Source: Prevotella sp. UBA2711
Lineage (GTDB): Bacteria > Bacteroidota > Bacteroidia > Bacteroidales > Bacteroidaceae
Assembly (NCBI GenBank): GCA_002354095.1
Contig: DEKX01000037.1
Location: 66,525-130,524 of the forward strand
Direction: 5' to 3'
Length of the DNA: 64,000 bases
Below are positions 20,259-30,763 of this stretch, piece after piece. The notes beneath the pieces were generated by a model that ran no database searches, had not been told where the DNA came from, and worked only from the letters and a program-made list of their open reading frames with translations. Numbering within the stretch: the first letter of the stretch is position 1; each line of letters begins with the position of its first letter. A program made the translations under genes and the position numbers.

Positions 20259-21305
20259 ATGAAGCAACAAAAAGTAGTCATCTCACAAAACCTATCGGAG
20301 ACCATTAGCAAAGCCGTCAATGAATGTAAGCACGACCTGCTGCTTGTACTCGTTGATGAAACCACCAAGGAGTATTGCTGGCCTGTCATTAAAGACATCA
20401 CTTGTCTGCAACAGGCAAAATTGATTACTATTGGTACTACCGATACCCATAAAACACTCGATACTCTTTCACATGTATGGAGTGAAATGCAACGCTATGG
20501 AGCTACCCGCCATTCGCTGATGATTAATCTTGGTGGAGGTATGGTGACGGATTTAGGCGGATTTGCTGCTTCAACCTTTAAGCGAGGTATTTCCTACATC
20601 AACATCCCTACTACCCTACTTTCTATGGTTGACGCCAGTGTTGGAGGCAAGACAGGTATCAACTTCGGAGGATTGAAAAACGAGATTGGTGTCTTTAATA
20701 ATGCAAACTGTGTGATTCTTGATACCACCTTCCTGCGTACACTTGACTCAGAGAACATCCTCTCTGGATATGCAGAGATGTTGAAGCATGGACTGATTTC
20801 TACCGAACAGATGTGGGCTGAACTGCTTAACTTAGAGTTTAGCGTTCAGTGTTCAGAGTTTGTTTCTGCCCTTGAGAAAAGTGTAGCCGTCAAGCAGCGT
20901 ATTGTAACGGAAGACCCTACAGAGAAAGGACTCCGTAAAGCACTCAACTTAGGACATACCGCTGGACACGCTTTTGAGTCCTTAGCGCTGGAGCGTAAGC
21001 CTATTTTGCATGGATATGCTGTTGCTTACGGACTGGTGGTCGAACTATATCTTTGCTGTGTCAAGATGGGATTCCCGCAGGACAAGATGCGCCAGACCGT
21101 CAACTTCATCAAGGAGCACTACGGACGAATGAACATCACTTGCGACGACTATCCCCATTTGTTGGAACTGATGCATCACGACAAGAAGAACATGGGGCAA
21201 GACATCAATTTCACTTTGCTTGGCAACATCGGTGATATCCGTATCAATCAGACAGCCACAGAAGAGGAAATCAAAGAAGCATTGGATTTTTACAGGGAAT
21301 ATTAG
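20259..21305 (+). CDS. aroB: 3-dehydroquinate synthase
   Basis: LGGGMVTDLGGF, PTTLLSMVDASVGGKTG, LNLGHTAGHAFE. Confidence 0.96.
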   Translation: MKQQKVVISQNLSETISKAVNECKHDLLLVLVDETTKEYCWPVIKDITCLQQAKLITIGTTDTHKTLDTLSHVWSEMQRYGATRHSLMINLGGGMVTDLGGFAASTFKRGISYINIPTTLLSMVDASVGGKTGINFGGLKNEIGVFNNANCVILDTTFLRTLDSENILSGYAEMLKHGLISTEQMWAELLNLEFSVQCSEFVSALEKSVAVKQRIVTEDPTEKGLRKALNLGHTAGHAFESLALERKPILHGYAVAYGLVVELYLCCVKMGFPQDKMRQTVNFIKEHYGRMNITCDDYPHLLELMHHDKKNMGQDINFTLLGNIGDIRINQTATEEEIKEALDFYREY

Positions 21306-21352
21306 TCCCCTGATACACTACACTACTACCTATTTAGATTGCTAACAACCGA

Positions 21353-21396
21353 AGGTGGGACAAATCCGTGAGGATTGGGTCCCACTTATATTTTTT
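21353..21396 (+). terminator. Intrinsic terminator after aroB
   Basis: GTGGGAC..AATCC-gtga-GGATT..GTCCCAC followed by a T-rich run. Confidence 0.65.
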
Positions 21397-21469
21397 CGTG
21401 TTTTTTCTTGTATTGTCAGTTTTTTATGCTATCTTTGCATAATTATTAATACTACAACCAACAAAATTT

Positions 21470-22408
21470 ATGAAAAGAATATTAGTAACTGGAGGAGCCG
21501 GATTCATTGGTTCCCATCTCTGCGAAAGGTTAGTCAACGAAGGCCACGATGTTATCTGCATCGACAATTTCTACAGTGGTTCTAAAGAAAATGTATGGCA
21601 CCTCATCGGAAAGCCCAACTTCGAACTCGTTCGTCACGATGTCATCAATCCCTATTGGGCTGAAGTTGACGAAATCTATAATCTGGCATGCCCTGCTTCA
21701 CCTATATATTATCAGAACGACCCTATCCAAACTACTAAGACCAGTTTCTTTGGTGCTTATCACATGCTGGGACTGGCTCGCCGTACCAAGGCTAAGATTC
21801 TACAGTCATCAACCAGTGAAGTGTATGGCGATCCCAATGTACATCCACAGCCTGAATCGTATTGGGGAAATGTGAATCCCATTGGACTACGCTCATGCTA
21901 TGATGAAGGTAAGCGCGTAGCTGAGACGCTTTTCTTTGATTATCACCGTTTGCACAAGGTTCGTTCGAAGGTGATTCGTATTTTCAACACCTATGGTCCA
22001 CGCATGGCAGTGAGCGACGGTCGTGTAGTTTCTAATTTTGTTGTGCAGGCGCTTAAAGGCGAAGATCTCACCATCTATGGTGACGGTCAGCAGACACGTT
22101 CGTTCCAGTATGTCAGCGACTTGATAGAGGGTATGATTCGGATGATGGACACACCCGACGATTTCACAGGTCCCGTCAATCTGGGTAATCCTGGCGAATT
22201 TACCATGTTGGAACTGGCAGAGAAGGTCATCAAGAAGATTGGTGGAAAGAGTAAGATCGTGTTCCGCCCACTGCCCAGCGACGACCCCAAGATGCGCCGT
22301 CCTGACATCACTATTGCTAAGCGTGAATTAGGATGGGAACCTAAGGTGCCGCTGGACGAGGGACTTGACCACATCATCGCCTACTTCCGCGAGTACCTGA
22401 AGCGTTGA
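21470..22408 (+). CDS. UDP-glucuronic acid decarboxylase (SDR)
   Basis: [51 protein letters not shown]. Confidence 0.92.
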   Translation: MKRILVTGGAGFIGSHLCERLVNEGHDVICIDNFYSGSKENVWHLIGKPNFELVRHDVINPYWAEVDEIYNLACPASPIYYQNDPIQTTKTSFFGAYHMLGLARRTKAKILQSSTSEVYGDPNVHPQPESYWGNVNPIGLRSCYDEGKRVAETLFFDYHRLHKVRSKVIRIFNTYGPRMAVSDGRVVSNFVVQALKGEDLTIYGDGQQTRSFQYVSDLIEGMIRMMDTPDDFTGPVNLGNPGEFTMLELAEKVIKKIGGKSKIVFRPLPSDDPKMRRPDITIAKRELGWEPKVPLDEGLDHIIAYFREYLKR

Positions 22409-24464
22409 ACTTCACTTTCAGTCCTACGACAAGCATACGCCCTGGTGTGTAAAGGGCATACTTACGATTAGCAGAATCTATCCTACAGTCAACTCGGTCG
22501 AAGATATTATCAACACCGATGCTGGGCTGTAGGATAATTCGTTTCAGACCATCAAAGGTATGAACGGTGTGGAGGTTCCACACGCCAAACCCTGGAGCAT
22601 CTTCGTAAGTAGTATAGTAGGTTTTCGACTGCAACTTACCATTCAGATTGACATGCAGCGAATAGTGGCCCCAACGGTGGTGATAGTTGGCTGCAATAGT
22701 GGCTGCATGGCGGATGCTGCGCTCCATCATGGTCCATTCTTCATCCGACTTCGTTCGAGCATAGGTATAGACATAATTAGCCGACAGGTTGAAACCCTGG
22801 AACAGATTGGCGGAAACATTCATCTGCAATCCCTTGACATCTCCCAAATCACTGTTCTGATAGCGTGAGTAACGTTCCAGTTTTCCTGCTTGATCATCTG
22901 TCATCTCAGGAAACTCCTGACGGAGCATTTCCAGCGATGTACCATCAACAGGAATATCCTGACGCACCACCATATCGTTGATGCGATTGAGGAACCCCGT
23001 CACACTGACAGCCAACAAATCACTACGGTATTCGGCATTCAGCGACACATAATGACTACGCTCAGCCTTCAAATCAGGATTTCCGAAAATAATCTGTGCC
23101 TTACCACGGTTGACGGAAAAATAGCGATAATAGATTTCGTCAAGTCCTGGCGCACGGAATCCTTGCGAATAGGTTGCACGGAAACGGAAATTGCCTGGTG
23201 CATACATCAGAACTGCCTTGGGCGAAAACTGATTGCCAAAAGTCTCGTGATGCGTATAGCGCAATCCTACCGTTACCGTCAGGTCGCGAAGGAGCCGATG
23301 CTCATGCTGGGCGTATGCCGCCAATGTATAGGCATGCTGATGGATATCGCCTGAGGTAGCTGTCAAATAGTCTTTTCTGTAATTGGCGCCCAGAATGGTC
23401 GTGCTACCTTCCACCAGTCCAAGAATGGCTTTCATTTCGCCCTCCATTGTGCGTTGTTTCTTCGACTGCACATAATCTCCCACAGCATACTTTTTGGTAG
23501 CTACGTCATACTCTTTACCATAACGGAAACGATCGACGGTGAAATTGGCCTGCAAGGAATTCTTGGCAGTAAACTTATAGATTCCACCAATATTCCAGCG
23601 AAGTCCTTTGTACCGCATTTCGTAGTCTGTACCGCCAGTAATATCCTCACGTGTCTCTGGACGATTGGTTATCTTATAGTAATAATCCATACCCGCATTC
23701 AAGGCTAAATGCCGATTGGGGGCATAGGTAAACTTCTGACCGACGATGTTGGAGCGATAGCCAGTAAAGAAAGGAGCTATCGTCTGCTGCGTTTCCGTGT
23801 CTGAACCTTTCACAAATTCCAGGTTATTATTCTGATAACTGTCCGCACGGTCGTGAGCAAACGAAGTGTAAGAACCGAAACCATTCTTATAGATATCGAG
23901 ATTGATGCTTTCTGTCAGAATACCGTGCCCGCTGACCTTTGTCGTGTTGGTAACACTACATACGGAATTGGTGGGCTGATCGGTAATGATGTTGATAACA
24001 CCTCCTATGGCATCGGAACCATAAAGAGAAGAGGCTGCTCCGTCGAGAATCTCGATGCGCTTGACCCGCGCCATATTGATGCGGTTCAAATCTACATTAT
24101 TAGAGATATCGCCTGAGAGCTTCTGTCCATTCATCAGAATCAGAATATATTTATTACCCAGTCCGTTCAGGCGCAGGAAAGTACCCATCGAGTTAGGAGC
24201 CATAGATGCCTGAGGCATCATGCGTGTCAATGCCTCATCAAAGGTCGTAATGCCTTGCTCACTGATTTCCTGAGCCGACAACACATGCACGGGGGTAGCC
24301 GTTGACTTCAGACGCTGATGGTGACCAGAGCCTGTCACGACGATAGGGTTCAGATTGTACGTGCGCTTCACTTGGGCGGAATCGCTGTTATCTGTCTGAT
24401 GAATTTGAGCCTGTCCTGACAGACAGAATGTCAAAAGACTGGCTACGAATATCTGTTTCTTCAT
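22374..24464 (-). CDS. TonB-dependent receptor (BtuB-like), second copy
   Basis: [32 protein letters not shown], barrel strands, GVDNIFD..PGR C-terminus. Confidence 0.9.
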   Translation of the reverse strand: MKKQIFVASLLTFCLSGQAQIHQTDNSDSAQVKRTYNLNPIVVTGSGHHQRLKSTATPVHVLSAQEISEQGITTFDEALTRMMPQASMAPNSMGTFLRLNGLGNKYILILMNGQKLSGDISNNVDLNRINMARVKRIEILDGAASSLYGSDAIGGVINIITDQPTNSVCSVTNTTKVSGHGILTESINLDIYKNGFGSYTSFAHDRADSYQNNNLEFVKGSDTETQQTIAPFFTGYRSNIVGQKFTYAPNRHLALNAGMDYYYKITNRPETREDITGGTDYEMRYKGLRWNIGGIYKFTAKNSLQANFTVDRFRYGKEYDVATKKYAVGDYVQSKKQRTMEGEMKAILGLVEGSTTILGANYRKDYLTATSGDIHQHAYTLAAYAQHEHRLLRDLTVTVGLRYTHHETFGNQFSPKAVLMYAPGNFRFRATYSQGFRAPGLDEIYYRYFSVNRGKAQIIFGNPDLKAERSHYVSLNAEYRSDLLAVSVTGFLNRINDMVVRQDIPVDGTSLEMLRQEFPEMTDDQAGKLERYSRYQNSDLGDVKGLQMNVSANLFQGFNLSANYVYTYARTKSDEEWTMMERSIRHAATIAANYHHRWGHYSLHVNLNGKLQSKTYYTTYEDAPGFGVWNLHTVHTFDGLKRIILQPSIGVDNIFDRVDCRIDSANRKYALYTPGRMLVVGLKVKFNASGTRGSRR

Positions 24465-24485
24465 GAAAAAGAGTTTAATGGAAAG

Positions 24486-24513
24486 GGAGATGCAGTCTCA
24501 CGACTACACCTCC
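24486..24513 (-). terminator. Intra-operon hairpin/terminator between the CbiK-like gene and the second receptor
   Basis: 12-bp stem that closes on the minus strand with two G-U pairs (GGAGGUGUAGUC/GACUGCAUCUCC) and a short U run. Confidence 0.55.
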
Positions 24514-24549
24514 TTTGTACAACTTATATAATAATACATCTACAATTGA

Positions 24550-25713
24550 TTATTCGGATGCCGTTGTAGGAGTTGACATAGCAGCGTCAGTTCCCAACTT
24601 CTTGATAGCATCACTTGTGTGCTTCTTCCAAAGGGCACGAACAGCACTGCGCTCTGCAAGACCTGGGATATAACCATTAGCCTTAATCTCAGCGGTGTTC
24701 TTCCAGCAAGCCTCGGTGAAGTTGGTTTCGTAGGCGGCTGTCTCTATATCAGCCTTATTGAACAGTGAGACCCAGCTCTCGGGGTCTTCCTCGTCAGCCA
24801 TATCGTTGTGAGCATGGTCACCGGCAATTGACATCAGCACAAAGAGCTGAGCCTTCTTGGCATTGTTCTTTTCATAGTTAGCGGTGTAGCCCATCGCACC
24901 CACCTGATAATCAAACTTGCCACCGCCAATGTGAGCCAACACATCCTCGGCATAGGTTTCAGCCATATCCACCGTACCTACATAATAGTTCTTGTTGATG
25001 GCACGCAGGGCGTCTTCCAACTGCAAGTAGCGAATGTTACCGCCATAGTAGTCGTAACCCTCAGGATTACCGTGTCCCATAAAGGCAACGATACCCTCTC
25101 CAACAGCAGCCTTCACGTCGGCTTCATCGTTCAGAACCTTAGCGAGGTTTTCTGCGTCGCTCTCCTCAGCCATCAGCGGTGTACCTACTACCACCTGACG
25201 GTCGATGCTCTTCATGTAGTCATCAGTGAAGTCGCCGTTACGGTTGTTCATGAAGTCCTTCACATAGCTGTCACGAACACGACGGTACTCCTCACCAGGA
25301 ATCACCTGCAACGACTGGACTACTATCTGCTTGTAGCCAGCCAGTCCGATAGCTGTCAGGAAGTGCTCTGGGTCGTAGAAGTCGCGAGGTTCCACATTCT
25401 CACCGGCACGTGCCTGATTGATGCAGATAGCACTTGAGAAAGAGAGGAATACATCCCAACCGGAGAAACTGGCTTTGTAGTCTTCCACCACCTTTTCGAA
25501 GGTGTCGTAGGCCTGCTCCCAAGTTGAACCGAAGGCTACTACCAGAATAACCTTGTCGTTCTTCTTCTGAGCATTGACAATTGCATTGACGGCCTGCTGA
25601 TATTGGTCGTACTTAGAAGGGGCCGTCTTGTTGTCATCATCACCACAAGCAGTAAATGTGGTACACACTGTGATTGCCATCAGGGCAATCAGCAAAAACT
25701 TAATTTTCTTCAT
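24550..25713 (-). CDS. CbiK-like cobaltochelatase lipoprotein (IhtB-like)
   Basis: Lipobox TAC-GDDD; ILVVAFGS, FMGHG and LMSIAGDHAHNDM retain both chelatase histidines. Confidence 0.85.
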   Translation of the reverse strand: MKKIKFLLIALMAITVCTTFTACGDDDNKTAPSKYDQYQQAVNAIVNAQKKNDKVILVVAFGSTWEQAYDTFEKVVEDYKASFSGWDVFLSFSSAICINQARAGENVEPRDFYDPEHFLTAIGLAGYKQIVVQSLQVIPGEEYRRVRDSYVKDFMNNRNGDFTDDYMKSIDRQVVVGTPLMAEESDAENLAKVLNDEADVKAAVGEGIVAFMGHGNPEGYDYYGGNIRYLQLEDALRAINKNYYVGTVDMAETYAEDVLAHIGGGKFDYQVGAMGYTANYEKNNAKKAQLFVLMSIAGDHAHNDMADEEDPESWVSLFNKADIETAAYETNFTEACWKNTAEIKANGYIPGLAERSAVRALWKKHTSDAIKKLGTDAAMSTPTTASE

Positions 25714-27826
25714 TGTTTCTTTGATTTAAGTTACGTTTATATTTGTTAGTCAATTTCTTACCTTTATTGAATCGTAGGGTCAGCGAGGCATAGACGGTAG
25801 TGCCTGGCGTGGTGGTGCCGAGATGGAGCCCGTGAGGGGTCTTATCAATATAGTTGAAGATGTTGTCGATACCCGCCTCCAGTCGCAGATTCTTACCAAA
25901 CTGGTGGGTGGTGGACAGTCGCCAAATCTGATAGCCCTTGCCATCTCCGTCTATCTGGTAATAGCGCTTGGTGGACATGCGTCCATAAATGCCAAGTCCC
26001 AATTGGTAGTGTTTCGAGAAATCGCGGTTCCATGTGGCATACCAGTTGGCTTTGTGGTGAGCCATACCGTCTATCGTCACTTCACGCATCACCTCTTTAT
26101 CCGTATCATACTGGTGGGCTTTGGTGTCCAGATAGCTATACGAGCCTCCAAAAGTAAAGTGCTTGGTCTGGTAGCGCGCCGTGAAGTCGATGCCATAGGT
26201 CTTGGCATCCTCCATGTTCTGATATTGGCGCACGCGCTTGGGGTCATACTGCACGATGAGGTCGCCCGGTGCCTCACTCGTAGGAATCGTCACCAGTGCT
26301 ATCATATTGTCCACCTTATTATAATAACCAGAGAGCGTCAGCGTCAGGTTCCCTATGGTATATTCAGCACTCAGTCCGAAATAATTGGAGGTTTGTGCCT
26401 TCAGGTCGGTATTGCCTAAATAGAGATACACCCCACTCATATTACGGATATACTGATAATGCAGTTCCTTGGGCGTGGGTGTCTTATAGCCCTGGCTCCA
26501 GGTGGCACGCAGTCGCCAGTCGTGCAGTTTCAGCATGGCTGAGAGTTTAGGCGTCAGACGGGTGCCGAAGCCCTCATTGCGTGTTAATCGCAGACCGCCA
26601 GTAATGTGTGCAGCGATTCTGTCGCTGCACAGCCAACGCCACTCGTCCTGCACATAGAGAGCCTGCGTATTATCCGTTGCCTTGCCGCCCTTCACGCGCA
26701 TAGGAGCTTCAAGCCAGTCGTAACGATAGTCGAAGCCTGCCGACAGGGTCTGCTCGTAGGGCAGCGCAAAGACGCCCTTCAGCGAGATGTGCGTCAATTG
26801 CTGATCGCTCTGCAACTCCTTATCACCAGGGAAATAAGGATAATAGTTCGTAAAGTGCCCGTTGACATAACCATCGGTCAGTGTCGTATCCGTATAAACG
26901 TATTTATAGGCATGTCTCTTCCAATCGGCATCCAGCGTAATGACATCCGTTGCATTGAGTTTCCACTTACCCCCAACAGAGGCAGAGGCATTATTGTATT
27001 GCAGGTCGTAGGTCCTGACATCCACCCCGGGGTGATGTCCGCAAGGGCGATAGATGCGCTTCCAGTAGATACTGCCGTCGGCATAGAGTTCTATCTTCGG
27101 TGTAAGCTGATAGGTCAGATGCTCCGCCACCTGCCAGTTCGTATGCCGGTTGGTCGTTTTATTACGTGAATCAGTGATGTGGTATTCCGTCTGCGAAATA
27201 GCCTCTTCGCTGGTGTTCTGCCAACCGTCAGAATGCTGCAGTTGAAAGTTTGTATATGACGACCACTTGCCATAGTTCAAGGCAATACCGTTATGCTGAC
27301 GAATGTCACCATACGAACCGAATCGCGAAGTATTCTCCAGCATCACGCCCTGTTCGCGGTGCTTCTTGGTGATGATGTTAATCACACCTGCAATAGCATC
27401 CGAGCCATAGAGCGCCGACGAAGCACCCTTCACGATTTCTATCTTCTCAATGTTGTGAGGGTCGATGAGCGAGAGGTCGTTTTCGCCACCATTGTCACCA
27501 TGCAGTCTTCTGCCGTCTATCAGGATGAGCACATACGAGTTGCCCAGACCGTTCATCTGCAAATGCGAACCCATATCGTTCTCGTTGAAGGCAAACGAAG
27601 CCGTCAGACCTCCGAGAATATCCTCGATACTCTTGCCTGCATACTGTCGTAACTGCCTGCCGCTAATGACCTCCGTCTGCACGGGGGCATCCTTCAGCAG
27701 GTGCTGGGTGCCTGTACCTGTCACCACCACCTCCTGCAAACTGTCAGCACGCAACACATCTTTCTGTGCAGATACGCCAATAGCCAACAGCCAACAGCCA
27801 ATAGCTAACACTATTTTCTTCATCAT
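25700..27826 (-). CDS. TonB-dependent receptor (BtuB-like), first copy
   Basis: EVVVTGTGT, IEIVKGASSALYGSDAIAGVINIIT, GIDNIFN; directly below the cobalamin riboswitch. Confidence 0.92.
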   Translation of the reverse strand: MMKKIVLAIGCWLLAIGVSAQKDVLRADSLQEVVVTGTGTQHLLKDAPVQTEVISGRQLRQYAGKSIEDILGGLTASFAFNENDMGSHLQMNGLGNSYVLILIDGRRLHGDNGGENDLSLIDPHNIEKIEIVKGASSALYGSDAIAGVINIITKKHREQGVMLENTSRFGSYGDIRQHNGIALNYGKWSSYTNFQLQHSDGWQNTSEEAISQTEYHITDSRNKTTNRHTNWQVAEHLTYQLTPKIELYADGSIYWKRIYRPCGHHPGVDVRTYDLQYNNASASVGGKWKLNATDVITLDADWKRHAYKYVYTDTTLTDGYVNGHFTNYYPYFPGDKELQSDQQLTHISLKGVFALPYEQTLSAGFDYRYDWLEAPMRVKGGKATDNTQALYVQDEWRWLCSDRIAAHITGGLRLTRNEGFGTRLTPKLSAMLKLHDWRLRATWSQGYKTPTPKELHYQYIRNMSGVYLYLGNTDLKAQTSNYFGLSAEYTIGNLTLTLSGYYNKVDNMIALVTIPTSEAPGDLIVQYDPKRVRQYQNMEDAKTYGIDFTARYQTKHFTFGGSYSYLDTKAHQYDTDKEVMREVTIDGMAHHKANWYATWNRDFSKHYQLGLGIYGRMSTKRYYQIDGDGKGYQIWRLSTTHQFGKNLRLEAGIDNIFNYIDKTPHGLHLGTTTPGTTVYASLTLRFNKGKKLTNKYKRNLNQRNNEEN

Positions 27827-27877
27827 TCCTAATTTTCCGCAACGCATATCCCTGTACGCGCGTACCTATAATATTAT

Positions 27878-28071
27878 ATTGGCAGGTCTTCTGACTTTCC
27901 TCAGCCTGTTCTACCTTCCCGACTATACCGTCAGTGGCGTTATACGAACAAGCCTCTTAAACGAGGATTACAGCAGCAGGTACTGTTCAGGACTTTCACC
28001 TGATTCCCTTACATCAGGCACCATTCGAGTGCCAGATTGCCTAACAGCGAACATCGTCACGACTCAGCCAA
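27878..28071 (-). ncRNA. Cobalamin riboswitch
   Basis: Minus strand AAGGGAATCAGGTGAAAGTCCTGAACAGTACCTGCTGCTGTAA...GCCACTG...GGGAAGG...AGTCAGAAGACCTGCCAA; a TTGGC/GCCAA closing stem; promoter TAACTTTG at 28123-28130. Confidence 0.93.
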
Positions 28072-28204
28072 ACGTGCCAGCACGATGGCATTCGCAGCTC
28101 CGATATTTGCCATTTTCGAGTGCAAAGTTACGAAAATATGAGCGAAAAGCCAAAGGAAAGCAAACTTTTCTTTGGCTTTATTGAGAAAAAAGTATAAGTC
28201 ACAT

Positions 28205-30334
28205 TTAAATGATTCTAACACACATCATCGTTAGATCGTCGTTAGGCTCGGCACCCTTGCGATGTGCTTCTACTGCAGCACGGACTGTATCGATGGTCTG
28301 GCAGGCCGAGTCATGCTGGGTATTACGTATAATGTCTATCAGTCGGTCATCACCAAACTGTTCTTGCTGCGGGTCTTCAGCCTCATTGAGTCCGTCAGTA
28401 TAGATAAACAACTGTTGGTTCTTGATGCTGTCAATTTCTTCGCCCTCATAATCAAGACCAGGGAATAGACCGATGGGAGCATTGGCCTCCATTTCCAGGA
28501 ACTCGCAGTTGTGGTCGCCGTTTCCAATGACAGGAGGGTTATGCCCTGCATTGCAGAAGTAAAGATGACCTGTCCGGAGGTCGGCAAGTCCAATCCAGAA
28601 CGTCACAAACATACCGTTCTCATTGTCGTTTCCACTGAGTGCATCGTTCATACGCGTACAGATTTCTGCAGGCATCATGCCCTGCTTGGCCATAGTCAGG
28701 AACAGGCGAGTGGCTTGAGCCATAAACAACGAGGCAGGTACCCCCTTACCACTGACGTCGCCGATAGCGAAATAGAGTTGGTTGTCCATTAACAGATAGC
28801 CGTAGAGGTCACCGCCTACCTCTTTCGCCGGGGTCATTGAGGCAAACATGTCCAGCCTGTCGTGCTCAGGGAAGATGCTGGGAACCATTGACATCTGAAT
28901 GTCACGGGCCACACGTAGCTCAGACTCTATGCGTTCCTGCAGGGCTTGCATCTTGGTGATGCGGCGTTGGTAGATGGTGTAGATAGCAAACGACAGCACC
29001 ACCAGGGCGAGCACCACCATCGTGGCTATCCACCACAGACGGGTCAACGATGCTTCTTTCTGGGCTATCAGTGCCTCCTTGCCCTGCGTGTCGTAGATGG
29101 TGGCCAGCTCTAAAGCATCGCTATTGCGCCAGCGAACAATAGCACTGTCTAAAACGCCGCTGATGCTGTCTGCCATCAACAGGGCTTTCGGGCTGTTGGC
29201 GAGGCCCCGCCAAGCTCTATATTGAGGAACGAGTATTTGATTGATATCTTCGAGTGAAAGCTGAGACGGATCGAAGGCTGTTGAGTCGAGTTTGTGGAAC
29301 ATGCCAATGACCTCCTGCCAGTGGCCGGTTTCAAGCAGAAACTGACCGCACTCCCTTATATCCTTTGCCTTTAGTGAAACCACATCGTCAAGACACGGCA
29401 GGAAAACCTGATATGCCTCATCCGCCCTGCCCTGATGGTGGAGCAGGCGCGCCTCGGCTAGTGCCATTGCAAAAGTATGCCGACGATACATGGAATTGCT
29501 GATATCGACATGCTCCTGCAGCTGGCGGTAGTTATCCCGGGCTATGGGAAACCACTTGCCGGCCTTGTCGTATTGCTGCTGGTCGATGTAGGAAAGGGTA
29601 GCTTCCTCTGCGGTATTCACCTTCACCTCCATGAATGTCGTGTCGCTGTCGAGACTCTCTCCGTCAATAAACAGCAGCGATTGATTACGTTCGTATGAGT
29701 CTATCGCTTCACGGTAATGCTGGTCACCCTCGTCGTAACGTCCCAGCTCTACCAAACAGTTGCCCATCGTGGTATAGAGACTGGAAGTGGAGCTCGGCAG
29801 CAGCATGAGGGTGCTCGACTCATGGGCCTTGATGACTTCCATGGCGGGCATCAGCACCTCCAGTGCCTCAGCGTAGTCGTGTCTTTCTGTCAGCAGCCGC
29901 GACAAGAACATGACACTGTGAGCGTAGGTTGTCAGTTCTGGTTCATCACCCGAGAACGCCTCAATGGACTTTCTCAACTGAAACTCCGCCGCCTTATATT
30001 GTTTTTGCATTTTATAGGCTGCGGCATGAAAAAAGTGAAGGTCTGTCTTGAACACCTTCGTACGTCCTTCAAGGCTGTCGCACACCACGTGGACAGAGTC
30101 ATAGTTCTTGCGGTTAAACTGAGTGGTTATCAGATTCAAGTCATACTCTTGTTCGTCGTAGATATCAACCTTCAGGACGTGCTTAAGAACTGGGAGAAAT
30201 TTTTCATCAAACAGCTCGGGTGCTATCCAGTTGGCAATCTCCAGTAACAAGAACAGTCCCACAATCAGCGTCACGGGAAATCCTATTCCCCATAGCAGCA
30301 GGCGCTTTATCCATTTCTTGATGCTTTTACTCAT
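28205..30334 (-). CDS. Membrane-anchored TPR sensor with SpoIIE/PP2C phosphatase domain
   Basis: TM, helical TPR-like region and second TM; then ARDIQMSM, VGGDLY, IGDVSGKG, NAGHNPP, YTDGLNEA, NDDLT. Confidence 0.9.
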   Translation of the reverse strand: MSKSIKKWIKRLLLWGIGFPVTLIVGLFLLLEIANWIAPELFDEKFLPVLKHVLKVDIYDEQEYDLNLITTQFNRKNYDSVHVVCDSLEGRTKVFKTDLHFFHAAAYKMQKQYKAAEFQLRKSIEAFSGDEPELTTYAHSVMFLSRLLTERHDYAEALEVLMPAMEVIKAHESSTLMLLPSSTSSLYTTMGNCLVELGRYDEGDQHYREAIDSYERNQSLLFIDGESLDSDTTFMEVKVNTAEEATLSYIDQQQYDKAGKWFPIARDNYRQLQEHVDISNSMYRRHTFAMALAEARLLHHQGRADEAYQVFLPCLDDVVSLKAKDIRECGQFLLETGHWQEVIGMFHKLDSTAFDPSQLSLEDINQILVPQYRAWRGLANSPKALLMADSISGVLDSAIVRWRNSDALELATIYDTQGKEALIAQKEASLTRLWWIATMVVLALVVLSFAIYTIYQRRITKMQALQERIESELRVARDIQMSMVPSIFPEHDRLDMFASMTPAKEVGGDLYGYLLMDNQLYFAIGDVSGKGVPASLFMAQATRLFLTMAKQGMMPAEICTRMNDALSGNDNENGMFVTFWIGLADLRTGHLYFCNAGHNPPVIGNGDHNCEFLEMEANAPIGLFPGLDYEGEEIDSIKNQQLFIYTDGLNEAEDPQQEQFGDDRLIDIIRNTQHDSACQTIDTVRAAVEAHRKGAEPNDDLTMMCVRII

Positions 30335-30619
30335 TTCTTATGTCGTATATGTATGGTTAAGAAAATGGCTCATACCTGTATATTTGCCGAATTTTACTTT
30401 TTCGGATACAAAAATAGCGTTTTTTTTTAAACTTTGGATTGGCTGGGCAAATAATCTGATGACAGGACGCCTATATTTAACGTTTATTTGGAAAAGTTTA
30501 AAAGTTGGCTTACCCTAGAAAAGGTTGGCTCATAGAAAGTCAACATTTCTACTATGTATATGAGACGAGTAGTTCGCTCTAAAAAAGGGCTATTGCCCTC
30601 ACAAGGATTTTTCATTTTT

Positions 30620-30706
30620 AATATCACAATATCACCAAATTGGGATTGAAGACCGATGGACAAAGGGATTGAGCTTGGTGATATTAGTGGTGATATTGGT
30701 GATATT
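30620..30706. repeat. Inverted array of GGTGATATT nonamers (2 reverse + 3 forward)
   Basis: aatatcac at 30620 and aatatcacc at 30628; ggtgatatt at 30677, 30689 and 30698. Confidence 0.75.
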
Positions 30707-30714
30707 ATCCGCCC

Positions 30715-30750
30715 GTATTTAACAAATTTATGCCAAATTGCGATAAATAT
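30715..30750 (+). repeat. 36-bp direct repeat, copy A
   Basis: GTATTTAACAAA-tttatg-CCAAATTGCGATAAATAT; 33/36 identical to copy B. Confidence 0.85.
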
Positions 30751-30763
30751 TTTGGTGAATCTA

